Source: an uncultured Hyphomicrobiales bacterium (GTDB taxonomy: Bacteria > Bacteroidota > Ignavibacteria > Kapaibacteriales > UBA2268). From it: DNA of 64,000 bases. A program made the translations under genes and the position numbers. Shown one piece after another: positions 39,752 through 50,483 of this stretch. Under the pieces are notes generated by a model. It ran no database searches and was not told where the DNA came from. It was given only the letters and a program-made list of their open reading frames with translations. The DNA is taken from contig CAYWYR010000014.1 of assembly GCA_964462685.1 (NCBI GenBank), positions 10,813 through 74,812 on the forward strand, in the 5' to 3' direction. Position 1 is the first letter of the stretch, and every line of letters begins with the position of its first letter.

Positions 39752-41668
39752 ATGATTATCTACGATATACCAAGTAGATCTATCATATTGAATATATCTG
39801 ACTCAGGATTTTATTCATACAATAGCGAAAGTGGGTTTTATGAAACGTTAGATGGCAAAAATATCAATCCTAAGAATGGAAATGTACAGTCTAGCAATAG
39901 AACTCCGAATACTCTGCCTATTGGTAAAAACAGATATATCAGAAATTATGACTCTTCAACACCTACACATTTGATCCTCTTGGATGATATGGGTAATATA
40001 CTGAAACATTATAATAATATTGATCTTTATGATGTATTTTTATTTGGCAATGGTACATTTACTTATGCAAAAGAGCAAAATTTGTATGCTGTTGATTTTA
40101 ATAATATTGTAACATATAGAAATGCCTATTTTTCTAAACTAATGGTATCTACCTCTTATGACAATGGATTTTATCTTTACCCCAGGGATAGTGACAATCT
40201 GAGAGTTTATGTACATGAAAGTGAGTCTCTGGTACATCCAAACCAACAGAACAATTTCAATGCAGAGTTATTCGATAATAAACTGTATACGACAAGCTAT
40301 TACTATAAGGATTACGATGGTTTCGCACTTTCAGACAGTACTATTTTATATATCCGAAATTTACAATAAAACGTTGTTTCAAGAATTTCATTACCAATAA
40401 AAGGTGGCAGTCATGTTTTTGTTGACAGCGATTATATTTACATATATGGTCTAGATGGCAAAATCCATCTTCTTGATCATGATTATAAATTAGTAGATTT
40501 CTTTCCTAAGGTAACAAACAGAATAGTAGCTTACGAGAAACTAAACAACAATACGAGTATATATTTTGAGGATTCTTATGGTCATAAGGATAACTACTTT
40601 TACTTAGTGATAAAGCATAGTGACAAAAAGGATTACATTATTGATTTATATCATAATTATCGTTTTGATGACTATACAGATGAACAAGTAGAACCATCTT
40701 ACAGTATTGTAGATAATTTCATTTACACTTATCATTTACAATTAAACCCTGACACGTTAGAAAAGACTCAGACTTTTCTTTCTTCAATCGATATCAATAC
40801 TGGTGAGCGGAAAACGCTAATCAGAGATAAAAGAATTTTTGATTTTTCGGTCAAGAATGATACTATATTTTATTTGGCCTATGAATATTCGAATGTTTCA
40901 TTTGACCCTTACATAGGATGTTATGATATTAATACTTCTGTAGACAAGATACTTTATGATATCAATAGTATAGAATATTTACATCACTTGCAATCTGATT
41001 TAACAAATAATCTATATTCCATGAATTGGGATAATGTTTATATATTAAATCAGGATACTCAAGAACAGGTTGCATCTATAGACTTCACAACCAATGGTTA
41101 TACGAGTTTATACAATATAGATGGTAATGAAAATTATATACTCAGTACAAGTTCAACTGTAAATTTAATATCTAAAATAACTTTAGAAAACTACTCTTTT
41201 AGTTTAGATAGTAATAAAGATATAATTGGTGCAAGATTCATTCATCAAAATACAATTGCAATTTTAACTCAAGATTATGAATTACTTATTTATAGTTATT
41301 CTGAAGACACAATCAATAAATCTATCGATTACGGATTTATTAAATCTTTTTATCTCGGAATGAATAGTCAGGGTTTTGAATGCTTATCGATGAGAGTAAA
41401 TGAAAATTATTTAAACCTCACTTTTTTTCTTGAGGGCAGATCAAATGGAACTCATAAAGATAATTTTACATTCAATATTCCTGTTGATAATATTCTAAGC
41501 TCTGTTTCTATAAATACAAATGACAAGGATTATCAGTATTCAAAGTTCTACGTTTATGATTTGAATGGCAGGTTTATAAACACTATTTCCTACAATCAAA
41601 TCAAAGAATATGATTCGAAAAGATATTTCATTGTAGACTCTGAGAGTAATGAATTAATACTAAAGTAG
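39752..41668 (+). pseudogene. One long gene (~638 codons) interrupted by a single in-frame TAA at 40367-40369. Product unknown; the protein is rich in N, Y and S.
   Basis: ORFs 39752-40369 and 40607-41668 are in the same frame. The gap between them translates without stops and with protein-like composition (…NVVSRISLPIKGGSHVFVDSDYIYIYGLDGKIHLLDHDYKLVDFF…). Confidence 0.55.
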
Positions 41669-41935
41669 CCTCTAATATTATGTGCTAGTAATGTATCATC
41701 TAGTATTCTTATATTGGAATGTAGTTATCTGCATATCAATCATATTATTTGAATATCTGTTATAAAACATAAATTCCACATCTGTTTATACAATGGGGAA
41801 TATCTTTGTTATTTGAAAGGATAAGTTTCATATAAATGTTCTACAATAAAGTAGTACTCATACTATACACCAGATGAATATTAGGTATCTTTAATCATAA
41901 ACCTGTTATCTGTGTGTTATAATTTAACAAATCTA

Positions 41936-42178
41936 TCAGGTCATTTTCTGAAAGATATTATCTGATAGTTTTATCCATTTTCCATTAGTATTTAATACCT
42001 CCATTCTTACAGTTGGCCTATATTTCTTAAAAAGCTCTAATAATTCATACACCTCAATAAGCTCATAGCTAAAGATAAATGGTTCATCATCATAATACAA
42101 TGTGTACTTTATGTAATTCATATCTCTGTCAGGCAGTTTATCCATATTTTTCATCCTTATATATAAGGCCTTACTCAA
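41936..42178 (-). CDS. Small hypothetical protein.
   Basis: 80-aa ORF in the AT-rich island. Confidence 0.3.
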   Translation of the reverse strand: MSKALYIRMKNMDKLPDRDMNYIKYTLYYDDEPFIFSYELIEVYELLELFKKYRPTVRMEVLNTNGKWIKLSDNIFQKMT

Positions 42179-42211
42179 AGTTTTAAGTAAGGCCTTGATG
42201 ACTCAATAAGT

Positions 42212-42607
42212 TTATTTAAACAATGAGATATTGGCTTTAAGTCTCTCTATCTTTGTCTGCTTCCTTCCAAATATATCTGAGAACAAGGGGTAGCGAGATG
42301 ATACCACTAATGAGGTGGTGTCTTCTTCTCCTTTCTTTATCATATAAAAATGGCCGAAGTCCCAAAGATTAGCACTATCGGAAAATATAAGTTTATCACC
42401 TAAATGCTGTTCCAGTTTATAAAGCCCGGATAAGGCCATTTGTTTAATCGTTTTTTCGATTGAAGAATATGAATCTCTATTATTCTCAAGCTCTATTTCC
42501 AAAGAATTGATCTTTTTGATCCTCTTTAGATTAGACCTGGCTGATAAAACCCACATCAATACTGCCAGGTATAGAGCTGCTATTAGTACAAAAATGTATG
42601 AACTCAT
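42212..42607 (-). CDS. Small N-terminally anchored membrane protein, paralogue of 43568-43954.
   Basis: TM helix then …GLYKLEQHLGDKLIFSDSANLWDFGHFYMIKKG…, compared with …GIYKLHHISPNNIIISDKISAMDFGYIYSLSKAG… in the paralogue. Confidence 0.4.
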   Translation of the reverse strand: MSSYIFVLIAALYLAVLMWVLSARSNLKRIKKINSLEIELENNRDSYSSIEKTIKQMALSGLYKLEQHLGDKLIFSDSANLWDFGHFYMIKKGEEDTTSLVVSSRYPLFSDIFGRKQTKIERLKANISLFK

Positions 42608-43479
42608 TGTGCCCCCTCATACCATATAGATTCTGGATATTCCGCACCGACCAACATAGATCTTCCATTTGATTGATCTTCCATTTCTGCTGCGGAAGCT
42701 ATCGTTGCAACCGTTACACCGAATAACGGCCCTAAACCTAATCCTATCGCAAGCCCTGCGAGATCAGCTGCTGCAACAGCCTGTTCAGGAGACAAATATT
42801 GAATATCGTTGACTTGGTTCGGGTCTGTGTTATCGGTAGCTACATCTTTCCAAAAAGTCTCTGAATATCTATATAATGCAATAAACTGGTTCATTTGAGT
42901 ATTATTCCAGTTATTGGAAACACTGACGGTTTCCATATTGGATATAATTGATTCAACCGAATCAGAAACCGAAGCGTTGGTTGGATATATCTGCTGGGCG
43001 TAAGAATAGACAGTACTATCGATTGCCCCTATATTGCTGTCCGCATATTCAATAGCCCCCCTATAATCTTTAATGATCTTATAGTAGGTCTTTCCATTGA
43101 TAGTATCTATACTACCTATCCCATTCATAAGATCATGGTGTTCTACTAGAACATCGTCAAGCTGTGTCTGTGTATAACCTAACGTATCCACAAAATACTC
43201 TGCTATTGAATTGACTATGTTATGATAACAGCTGTCAGTAAGGTATGCTGTACTATTGTGAAGCAAAAATCTATCATGGACATTGAGTTGCCTATCTCTA
43301 TAATAAAAATTTAGAGCAGTATTATGATAGATACCTATTATAGTATCCGGGTTAGGTACTGAGTATAGGGGTAAAGATGATGTTGTGCGAGCGGCTGATA
43401 AATCATTCGGTGATGTCACTTCTTCGCATCCGAATAATATAGGCATAGCTATCGCTATGGCGATGATAATTCTTTTCAT
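42604..43479 (-). CDS. Lipoprotein, hypothetical.
   Basis: MKRIIIAIAIAMPILFGC lipobox. The track ORF extends upstream to 43557. Confidence 0.45.
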   Translation of the reverse strand: MKRIIIAIAIAMPILFGCEEVTSPNDLSAARTTSSLPLYSVPNPDTIIGIYHNTALNFYYRDRQLNVHDRFLLHNSTAYLTDSCYHNIVNSIAEYFVDTLGYTQTQLDDVLVEHHDLMNGIGSIDTINGKTYYKIIKDYRGAIEYADSNIGAIDSTVYSYAQQIYPTNASVSDSVESIISNMETVSVSNNWNNTQMNQFIALYRYSETFWKDVATDNTDPNQVNDIQYLSPEQAVAAADLAGLAIGLGLGPLFGVTVATIASAAEMEDQSNGRSMLVGAEYPESIWYEGAQ

Positions 43480-43567
43480 TATATCCTTGTTAATTTGTTT
43501 GAAGATTAACAAGCTCCTTTTATTTCCTAATATAGAGAAAGAGCAGATATAATACAAATATTACTTA

Positions 43568-43954
43568 TCATAACAAATCTAAATGGTTGGATCTAAGTTG
43601 GTGAACCTTGTGAACTTTCTCACTTTTGGTAAAGAAAGTTATAGGGTATCGGTGGGTAATTTTTAAAGTTATGTCACTTCCGGCTTTACTTAAACTATAG
43701 ATATATCCGAAATCCATAGCTGATATCTTATCAGAAATTATGATATTGTTTGGAGAAATATGATGTAATTTATAAATACCGTTTGTAGTTAGTATTTTAA
43801 TTCTTTTATTAATATGATCGAAATCTTGTTCGAATAAAAACACCCTAGCGTCTTTATTATCTCTAATTCTCTTTAAGCTGAGTGAGTCAGATAAAAGGTA
43901 CTTAATCAGATAAAGAACAATTACAATTAACGGCAAGAATAATATAGTTGGCAT
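43568..43954 (-). CDS. Small N-terminally anchored membrane protein, paralogue of 42212-42607.
   Basis: See 42212-42607. Confidence 0.4.
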   Translation of the reverse strand: MPTILFLPLIVIVLYLIKYLLSDSLSLKRIRDNKDARVFLFEQDFDHINKRIKILTTNGIYKLHHISPNNIIISDKISAMDFGYIYSLSKAGSDITLKITHRYPITFFTKSEKVHKVHQLRSNHLDLL

Positions 43955-43967
43955 TACTGATTTTTAG

Positions 43968-44429
43968 TTATAGTTTTTTGAATATTTGGTCGAATTGCTT
44001 ATCGTTAAAGTACTGGATACTGTCACCTACGTGAACCTTGAAGACCTTTTGCGTTGCTCCAGAAAAGTTACAAATGGACAGCAGCTCCTCCCAAGTCTCT
44101 TCATCAGTATCCAATACATCATATTCTTTATATTTGATGATATCTTTCCTGAATACCGCACTGGAGTCAGAACTGTTAACAGTATCCTTGAGGAATACCG
44201 GTCTTGTACCGTAGAGTATATATTCGGGATTAATACCGTACAATTTCCTCAGTTCGAACAAGATTTTTTTCCCAACCGGCTTTTTCTGAGACTTGTACGA
44301 TGAGAAAGTACCGGGGTGTTTTCCCATGTCGGTAGCCATAGCTCCAAGTGTACCAAAGATAGACATGGCTACTTCTTCAAGCCTGTCGTAAATTATATCC
44401 CAACTATCAGATGATTTTTTTAATAGCAT
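43968..44429 (-). CDS. Phage-repressor-like HTH protein (Cro/C1-type), paralogue of 44759-45232.
   Basis: …FGTLGAMATDMGKHPGTFSSYKSQKKPVGKKILFELRKLYGINPEYILYG… is about 45% identical to the paralogue. The pattern resembles Bacteroidota XRE-type repressors (…WLLTG). Confidence 0.45.
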   Translation of the reverse strand: MLLKKSSDSWDIIYDRLEEVAMSIFGTLGAMATDMGKHPGTFSSYKSQKKPVGKKILFELRKLYGINPEYILYGTRPVFLKDTVNSSDSSAVFRKDIIKYKEYDVLDTDEETWEELLSICNFSGATQKVFKVHVGDSIQYFNDKQFDQIFKKL

Positions 44430-44634
44430 AATATTATATAATTATAGTTTCTTTGTGACATATTACATATAACATATTATATGTCTGTTTTTCAGATATT
44501 GCTTGTAATTCAAACCTAACTGAGATAATGAATATTTAAGCAATATTTGATTTTAGATTATAAGTTTTCGTATGGTTCTATTCCTATAATATCGACCAGT
44601 ACAAAAACTATTGAAATTTTCCATGTTTACCAAA

Positions 44635-44722
44635 GTTCACAAGCCAGGCTGTGCTATACTATCGGCATTAGAATCGTAAGATATAGACCCCGAGATGTAT
44701 TCCAGCTACCTAAGCTTTTTGG
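44635..44722. repeat. Direct repeat copy 2, a degenerate duplicate of the rsgA 3' end. This is the right border of the island.
   Basis: Translates as VHKPGCAILSALES*DIDPEMYSSYLSFL, against rsgA VHEPGCAVIAAVESEDIDPERYASYLSFL. Confidence 0.6.
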
Positions 44723-44758
44723 TTTATTCAAAGTTGCGAATCATATGCATACCTAGAC

Positions 44759-45232
44759 TCACGACTGCAAAATTTTATATTTCTTGTTGAACTGTCTATC
44801 CGAGTAGTAATATAATGTTTCCCCGTCTATTACTTTATATATGGTTTTTTCTTTATCTGAAATTCCGTTTTCAAATAACATCTTCTCCCACACATGTTCA
44901 TCTGTATCTGACTTGTGTATTTCTACATATCTCAATATATTTTTAGGCAGTACAGCTAACTTCTCATCATGGCCAAAAGCTTTATCCTGAAGGAATATAG
45001 GTTTATCACCATAAAGTATATAGTCGGTATTTATGTTGAATTTGTTCTTAAGATCGATAAGCATTTTCATGCCTACCTGCTTTTTCTGAGACTTATATGA
45101 TGAAAATGTTGCAGGATGCCTACCCATATTGACGGCCATAGCACTCAAGGAACCGAAGGTTGTCTTAGCGACATCCTCAAGCCTTTTGAACATTATTTCC
45201 CATTCATCTGTTTTTCTATCCAGCATATACAA
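44759..45232 (-). CDS. Phage-repressor-like HTH protein, paralogue of 43968-44429.
   Basis: See 43968-44429. Confidence 0.45.
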   Translation of the reverse strand: MYMLDRKTDEWEIMFKRLEDVAKTTFGSLSAMAVNMGRHPATFSSYKSQKKQVGMKMLIDLKNKFNINTDYILYGDKPIFLQDKAFGHDEKLAVLPKNILRYVEIHKSDTDEHVWEKMLFENGISDKEKTIYKVIDGETLYYYSDRQFNKKYKILQS

Positions 45233-45349
45233 TATAAATATACGATATATTTAGTGAATTATCTATATATTTTGACAATTCGTTTTGAGATTATAGGGTT
45301 ATAGATATGATATCACTTAGTCCTATCTTTCTAAAAAAATATATAAAAG

Positions 45350-47191
45350 TCAGTTAGTTGAAAGCATATATGTGGTTGACGCCGCAGGGGTTGATACATT
45401 TACAAATATGCTTTGGCCAGCATATCTTAATAGGTCAATTTCCATATTCGATAATTTATCTTTTGTTCCTTCTATCGTGTGAGAGCCGATGGTTCTTCCT
45501 GTTATATCATGTACAAGTACCGTGTGCAAAGTACTTTCCTGTATCATAAACCCTAAGTGTAGTCTGTTTGAGCTTATATAAGAACTCTGAAGATTGAATG
45601 CCGCTGATGGTTCAATAAGCCTTGCGCCAGGTTCCTTACATATCCCGTCAACGTTTAACTCAGCATTCCGGACTGAAAAAAACTCGTCGTAATCGCTACA
45701 GATCACTTGGGCGTCGAAAAGCTCTAAGCGGCTGTTTTCAGATAGCCCGAGGAGCACTTTGAAAGGTATTTCGGTTTCACCGTTCAAAGGTATTGTAACT
45801 GGATATGAAGCCAAACCGTCAGCCTCAACTGTATATGGTATATCAGCATTATGCAGAACGGTATAGTCGTACAGCAGCATCGCCTCGATTTCCTCAAAAC
45901 CACAATCTATAAACTGTTGAGATACAGTACTGCCAAAAGTAATTGTTGTCCGGTCGGAAATAGAGACATTGATATCGTTCACATATACCTCTGCATCACC
46001 TTCTATACCATCTACATTATAAGTAAGCTCACGGGTACAGTTAAGGTTGTCTTCGGTGATAAGCAAGCGATAATTGCCCGGTTGGTTGATATTCAGAACG
46101 CTTTCTGTAGGGTTTTGCAGTTGCACTTCAGGATCATCAGCTGACCATAGGTAAGAGAAATTTCCCACTGGCATATTATCAGGTATTTCAAGAATGGCAT
46201 CTTCGCAAGGGCATAGGCTTGGGGCTGGCAGAGTGGAACCTATCTCGAGCTGTTCCGGAAACCTGAATACGTTGATATCGAAAGTGTCGTACTCAAAACA
46301 GCCTATCCAGCTTTCGATTTCAACAAAAACACGCTCATTGTTCAGGGGTGTATAACCTGTGATCTCGTTTCCAGTAAAGATGCCTCCATCTTCAAACTCC
46401 CATGTGATATCTACCGAACCGTCTGTATCAAATGTTTCTTTTAATATGCTGGGTATCGTTTCGCCTTCGCAAATTGATATATCATCAATATCATTATCTT
46501 TCAGTTCGCAGTACTGGTACAGTTCAAATCCCCATATCGATATATCATTGCCGACAATAGAAAACTGATTTATACCTACCGAGTCAGGATATTTGAAAAC
46601 AGCGTTATTATAAAGTGATAATGTTATCTGAGACCTGTTACCGGAATTGAAACTATGCATCTCAGTAAAAAAAACGCAGTTTGAATTCGGGTTTATAACA
46701 TTTGTCGGCGGCATAAATTCGATACCGTCGATTTCCGCTGATAAACTCGGTATTTGATCTGGCCATGCCACATCAGGGTTCATATAGTTGAATGATAGTT
46801 CGTATTGCCTGTTAGGATTTACTTCGATAACATATTCTATAAGCAGGAATCTTTCTCTCGGGTCGCTTTCGGGTACTGGAATGCCATCAATTACCATTAT
46901 ATTCTGCCCGAACTCACAAGATAAATAGTTTAAGTTTTTATCATTATTGTTCAGAACGATATTATAGGAACCGAACTGGTTTTCCTGAGCTGAATAGGGT
47001 ACATCGGTATTGAATATTGGATTGTTGGATGTCCAGCTCTCAAACCCTGGATCAGGTATAAAATTGAACGGGGCAAGAGTCTGGGAAACCAATTTCCCAT
47101 TACTCACAATAGCGAGCAATATCATAAAAGGAAAGGCTGTTTTAGACTTCAGTATACCGTGAAACATCATAGTTGAAAAATTGTTGGGCAA
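45350..47191 (-). CDS. Secreted protein with a T9SS C-terminal sorting domain. The cargo is unknown.
   Basis: Signal peptide. C-terminal …LHLGFMIQESTLHTVLVHDITGRTIGSHTIEGTKDKLSNMEIDLLRYAGQSIFVNVSTPAASTTYMLST matches the Por_Secre_tail pattern. Confidence 0.5.
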   Translation of the reverse strand: MPNNFSTMMFHGILKSKTAFPFMILLAIVSNGKLVSQTLAPFNFIPDPGFESWTSNNPIFNTDVPYSAQENQFGSYNIVLNNNDKNLNYLSCEFGQNIMVIDGIPVPESDPRERFLLIEYVIEVNPNRQYELSFNYMNPDVAWPDQIPSLSAEIDGIEFMPPTNVINPNSNCVFFTEMHSFNSGNRSQITLSLYNNAVFKYPDSVGINQFSIVGNDISIWGFELYQYCELKDNDIDDISICEGETIPSILKETFDTDGSVDITWEFEDGGIFTGNEITGYTPLNNERVFVEIESWIGCFEYDTFDINVFRFPEQLEIGSTLPAPSLCPCEDAILEIPDNMPVGNFSYLWSADDPEVQLQNPTESVLNINQPGNYRLLITEDNLNCTRELTYNVDGIEGDAEVYVNDINVSISDRTTITFGSTVSQQFIDCGFEEIEAMLLYDYTVLHNADIPYTVEADGLASYPVTIPLNGETEIPFKVLLGLSENSRLELFDAQVICSDYDEFFSVRNAELNVDGICKEPGARLIEPSAAFNLQSSYISSNRLHLGFMIQESTLHTVLVHDITGRTIGSHTIEGTKDKLSNMEIDLLRYAGQSIFVNVSTPAASTTYMLSTN

Positions 47192-47299
47192 ACACTATAA
47201 AGGTAAAATATCTTTATATCCACTCAAATCCAAACATGAAACGAAATCTATATTATATGTTGTTGGTAATCTATATAGGGAAACGAAACAATATTTTCC

Positions 47300-47307
47300 T
47301 AAATTTG
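47300..47307 (+). promoter_or_regulatory. Candidate Bacteroidota sigmaA -7 element (TAnnTTTG) upstream of sucD.
   Basis: TAAATTTG lies 41 nt upstream of the sucD ATG. Confidence 0.25.
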
Positions 47308-47347
47308 AAGTATTAAGTAATCATAACTAACTAAAAAGATTTTATCT

Positions 47348-48250
47348 ATGAGTGTATTGGTCAACAAAGACTCCAGAGTGCTTGTACAAGGTATCACAGG
47401 TGGTGAAGGAACTTTCCATTCTAGCCAGATGATAGAGTATGGTACTAATATCGTTGCTGGGGTTACTCCAGGCAAGGGCGGTACCGATTATTCAGGAAAG
47501 GGCGAAGGAGCTTTCTCCAGACCTGTACCTGTTTTCAACACAGTGAAAGAAGCCGTTAAAGAAACACAGGCAAATGTATCGATTATCTTCGTACCGCCCC
47601 CGTTCGCAGCTGACGCAATTCTTGAGTCTATTGATGCGGATATGCCGCTTATTATCTGTATCACAGAAGGCATCCCCGTCAAAGATATGATAACGGTAAA
47701 AGCAGCCCTCGATCAATCAAATTCTAGATTGATCGGCCCTAACTGCCCAGGTATCATAACTCCGGGCGAAGCTAAAATAGGTATCATGCCTGGTTTCATA
47801 CACTCCAAAGGGAAAGTTGGTGTAGTTAGCCGTTCTGGTACCCTGACTTATGAGGCTGTTAAACAAATTACTGATGAAGGCCTCGGCCAGACTACATGTA
47901 TAGGTATCGGTGGTGACCCAATAATCGGCACTCAGTTCTTGGACGCTATCAAACTCTTCAACGAAGATCCTGAGACAGAAGCTATCGTAATGATAGGTGA
48001 GATAGGTGGTAATGCCGAGGATATAGCTTCAGCTTACATCAAAGATAATGTAAAAAAACCTGTCGTTGGTTTCATAGCTGGGCGTACAGCCCCTCCAGGC
48101 CGTAGAATGGGCCACGCTGGTGCAATAGTTTCCGGCGGGCAAGGTGGTGCGGACGATAAAATGGAAAATATGCGCAAAGCTGGTATCCACGTTGTAGATA
48201 CCCCGGGTATCATTGGCGAAACAGTGAAAAATGCATTACAGAATAATTAA
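47348..48250 (+). CDS. sucD: Succinate--CoA ligase alpha subunit.
   Basis: CoA-binding and active-site His region ([20 protein letters not shown]). 300 aa. Confidence 0.95.
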   Translation: MSVLVNKDSRVLVQGITGGEGTFHSSQMIEYGTNIVAGVTPGKGGTDYSGKGEGAFSRPVPVFNTVKEAVKETQANVSIIFVPPPFAADAILESIDADMPLIICITEGIPVKDMITVKAALDQSNSRLIGPNCPGIITPGEAKIGIMPGFIHSKGKVGVVSRSGTLTYEAVKQITDEGLGQTTCIGIGGDPIIGTQFLDAIKLFNEDPETEAIVMIGEIGGNAEDIASAYIKDNVKKPVVGFIAGRTAPPGRRMGHAGAIVSGGQGGADDKMENMRKAGIHVVDTPGIIGETVKNALQNN

Positions 48251-48281
48251 TAATATCAAACTCTAAAAACTAAGAGAAAAA

Positions 48282-48710
48282 ATGTCAAACCTAACTTATG
48301 GTATGATAAAGCCGGACGCAGTTGGTAACGGTGTTGCCGGTGAAATAATCGCTAAAACGCAGAAAGAAGGATTCGAAGTACTTGGAATGAAAATGACAAG
48401 ACTGACTGAATCTGAAGCTAAGAAGTTCTACGAGGTTCACAAAGAAAGACCTTTCTATAATGATCTCGTATCTTATATGACTTCAGGCCCTATAGTAGCA
48501 ATGGCTCTCAAAAAAGACAATGCTGTTTCAGCTTGGAGAGAGTTTATCGGTGCTACCAATCCTGAGGACGCCGCTGAAGGAACTATCCGTAAGCAGTACG
48601 GTAAGAATATCGAGAACAACGCCGTTCACGGATCTGATTCAGATGACAACGCGAACAGAGAGATCGGCTTTTTCTTTACCGAAGGTGAGCTAGCAAATAT
48701 CAGCGGTTGA
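48282..48710 (+). CDS. ndk: Nucleoside diphosphate kinase.
   Basis: YGMIKPDAV…NAVHGSDS active-site His motif. 142 aa. Confidence 0.95.
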   Translation: MSNLTYGMIKPDAVGNGVAGEIIAKTQKEGFEVLGMKMTRLTESEAKKFYEVHKERPFYNDLVSYMTSGPIVAMALKKDNAVSAWREFIGATNPEDAAEGTIRKQYGKNIENNAVHGSDSDDNANREIGFFFTEGELANISG

Positions 48711-48738
48711 TATACCATCTCAATGTTACAGTATTACA

Positions 48739-48771
48739 AAGCCGGCTTCTGATGAATGCCGGCTTTTTTTT
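48739..48771 (+). terminator. Rho-independent terminator after ndk.
   Basis: aagccggc/ttctgatgaatg/ccggctt followed by T8. Confidence 0.6.
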
Positions 48772-48801
48772 ATCCACACATTATAATTTTCAATATCAGA
48801 C

Positions 48802-49350
48802 TTGGGCAATATAGAAAAATTCCAAACCCTATCAACCGTACTTATTTCCGAGAATCCATATTGGAAATACAAAATCGATGAATATATCTTGCCAGATGAA
48901 TCTGTAGGGAAATATTACTATTGCGATGCAAGGGGGTCCGTACTTGTTATCCCACAACATAAGGATGGGAAGATTAGTATCTGCGATCAATACAGATACC
49001 TATTAGGAAGCAGGGTTAAGGAATTATGCGGCGGTGCTATCGAAGTAGGACAGACACCAGAAGAGGCTGCGTATACTGAACTCAGACAGGAATTAGGACT
49101 GATTGGAAAAGATTTTAAAGTGATCGGTAAATTTAATCCGTATAAGGGTGTGACAAATGAGGTATGTTATGTGTTATTCTGTTTAGTTGAAGCCGAGACC
49201 TATACTGATCCTGAACAATCAGAAGAAATCGATCGTATTGATGTTGAACAAAGCGAGCTTTATTCAGCTATCTGCGAGTCTGAGGTACATGATGGTATGT
49301 CTTTAGCAGCAGTTCAGTTATTTTCAAGATTTATAAATAAACAAATATGA
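48802..49350 (+). CDS. NUDIX hydrolase.
   Basis: Nudix box GGAIEVGQTPEEAAYTELRQELGL. Confidence 0.7.
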   Translation: MGNIEKFQTLSTVLISENPYWKYKIDEYILPDESVGKYYYCDARGSVLVIPQHKDGKISICDQYRYLLGSRVKELCGGAIEVGQTPEEAAYTELRQELGLIGKDFKVIGKFNPYKGVTNEVCYVLFCLVEAETYTDPEQSEEIDRIDVEQSELYSAICESEVHDGMSLAAVQLFSRFINKQI

Positions 49351-50315
49351 TAACAAAATTACTATTTTCGATTCTTACACTGTTTCTTTTCCTTAATTCA
49401 CAGCAGTTGACTTCACAGACAGGTGAAGAATTAATGTATAGATTAAGAGCGAAACTACCTGTCTCTATTTTGAATAAATATAGGTTCACGGAGACCCAGA
49501 AAGTCAATACCGCACTTATTATTGGAGAAAACGAAGAGCTTTACCCTTTTGAAAGGGACCTGAAAATAGATTATTCCTATAGGGCCACATCTGAGCTAGA
49601 TGACGGTTTCAAAGAAGTTGATATAAAAGTTGACAGTGTAAGATACAGTTTTGATTCTGAGAAAGATAAGATAATCTATAACAGTTTTGATTGGAGAAAC
49701 GCTATACCGCCTGTGCAAAACAAAGACTACCAGCGATACGGACTTACGCTCCAATACGATTACGATTTTATCTATTCACCTTATAGTGAAGTATCAAAAG
49801 TAGTAAGTCCTAACTACGAGAAGAACAAGGATGTTTTTACCAATACGAAAGTCTTCGATGAAACTTCTATGAAGCTTCTGAAAGAATATTATACTGATAA
49901 AATGGTTGCTTTTATATTTGACCCTTACAAGAATATACTCCCTGATAATGATGTGACACTTGAAGATACATGGTCCCCTGAAGTGAATATAGAAATGGGC
50001 GGATACTGGCTGGAAATGAACCCAGAGTTCAAAATAGAAAGCTATGATAGGTCTGGGTTTTTGATAGAGGCAAGGTTGGATTCTATTCCTGTTGGCCAGG
50101 ATCAGATATTCATGGTCAATATCGGGGATTTCGGTAGAGTGGAAAAGTCAGAGATCAGTGGCATAATAAGTGCCTTCTTTACAACTCAAGGTGTAATGGA
50201 GTCAGTTGTAATAAACATAGATGCTGTTATTGAAGGCGACACGGGCGGCCGAGACTTCAGACAAGAGCAGAACGCGGTTTACAGCTGGGAGCTTTTGGGC
50301 TCATATCAATTCTGA
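49347..50315 (+). CDS. Secreted hypothetical protein.
   Basis: Signal peptide. 322 aa. Its start overlaps the NUDIX stop. Confidence 0.4.
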   Translation: MITKLLFSILTLFLFLNSQQLTSQTGEELMYRLRAKLPVSILNKYRFTETQKVNTALIIGENEELYPFERDLKIDYSYRATSELDDGFKEVDIKVDSVRYSFDSEKDKIIYNSFDWRNAIPPVQNKDYQRYGLTLQYDYDFIYSPYSEVSKVVSPNYEKNKDVFTNTKVFDETSMKLLKEYYTDKMVAFIFDPYKNILPDNDVTLEDTWSPEVNIEMGGYWLEMNPEFKIESYDRSGFLIEARLDSIPVGQDQIFMVNIGDFGRVEKSEISGIISAFFTTQGVMESVVINIDAVIEGDTGGRDFRQEQNAVYSWELLGSYQF

Positions 50316-50483
50316 TATGTGACATATCGAGTTCGCTGCCGTGATTATTCATGGATATTGCTATTATAGGTAACTATTTTAAGCTTATAGGCTATTGAAT
50401 TTTTTTAATATGAGTGTTATTCATAAATTGTGGAATAAATTACACATCTCTAAAATTCCCATTTGAATTAACTCTCTATTGAA

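Noticed and set aside
39034-44634. Island as a prophage or integrative conjugative element.
   Set aside because: It has no integrase, no phage structural or replication genes and no conjugation genes, and is only 5.6 kb. It is better described as a decayed or non-autonomous island.
47348-48710. sucD without an adjacent sucC.
   Set aside because: Separation of sucC and sucD is common in Bacteroidota-like genomes. sucC is presumably elsewhere, so this is not anomalous.
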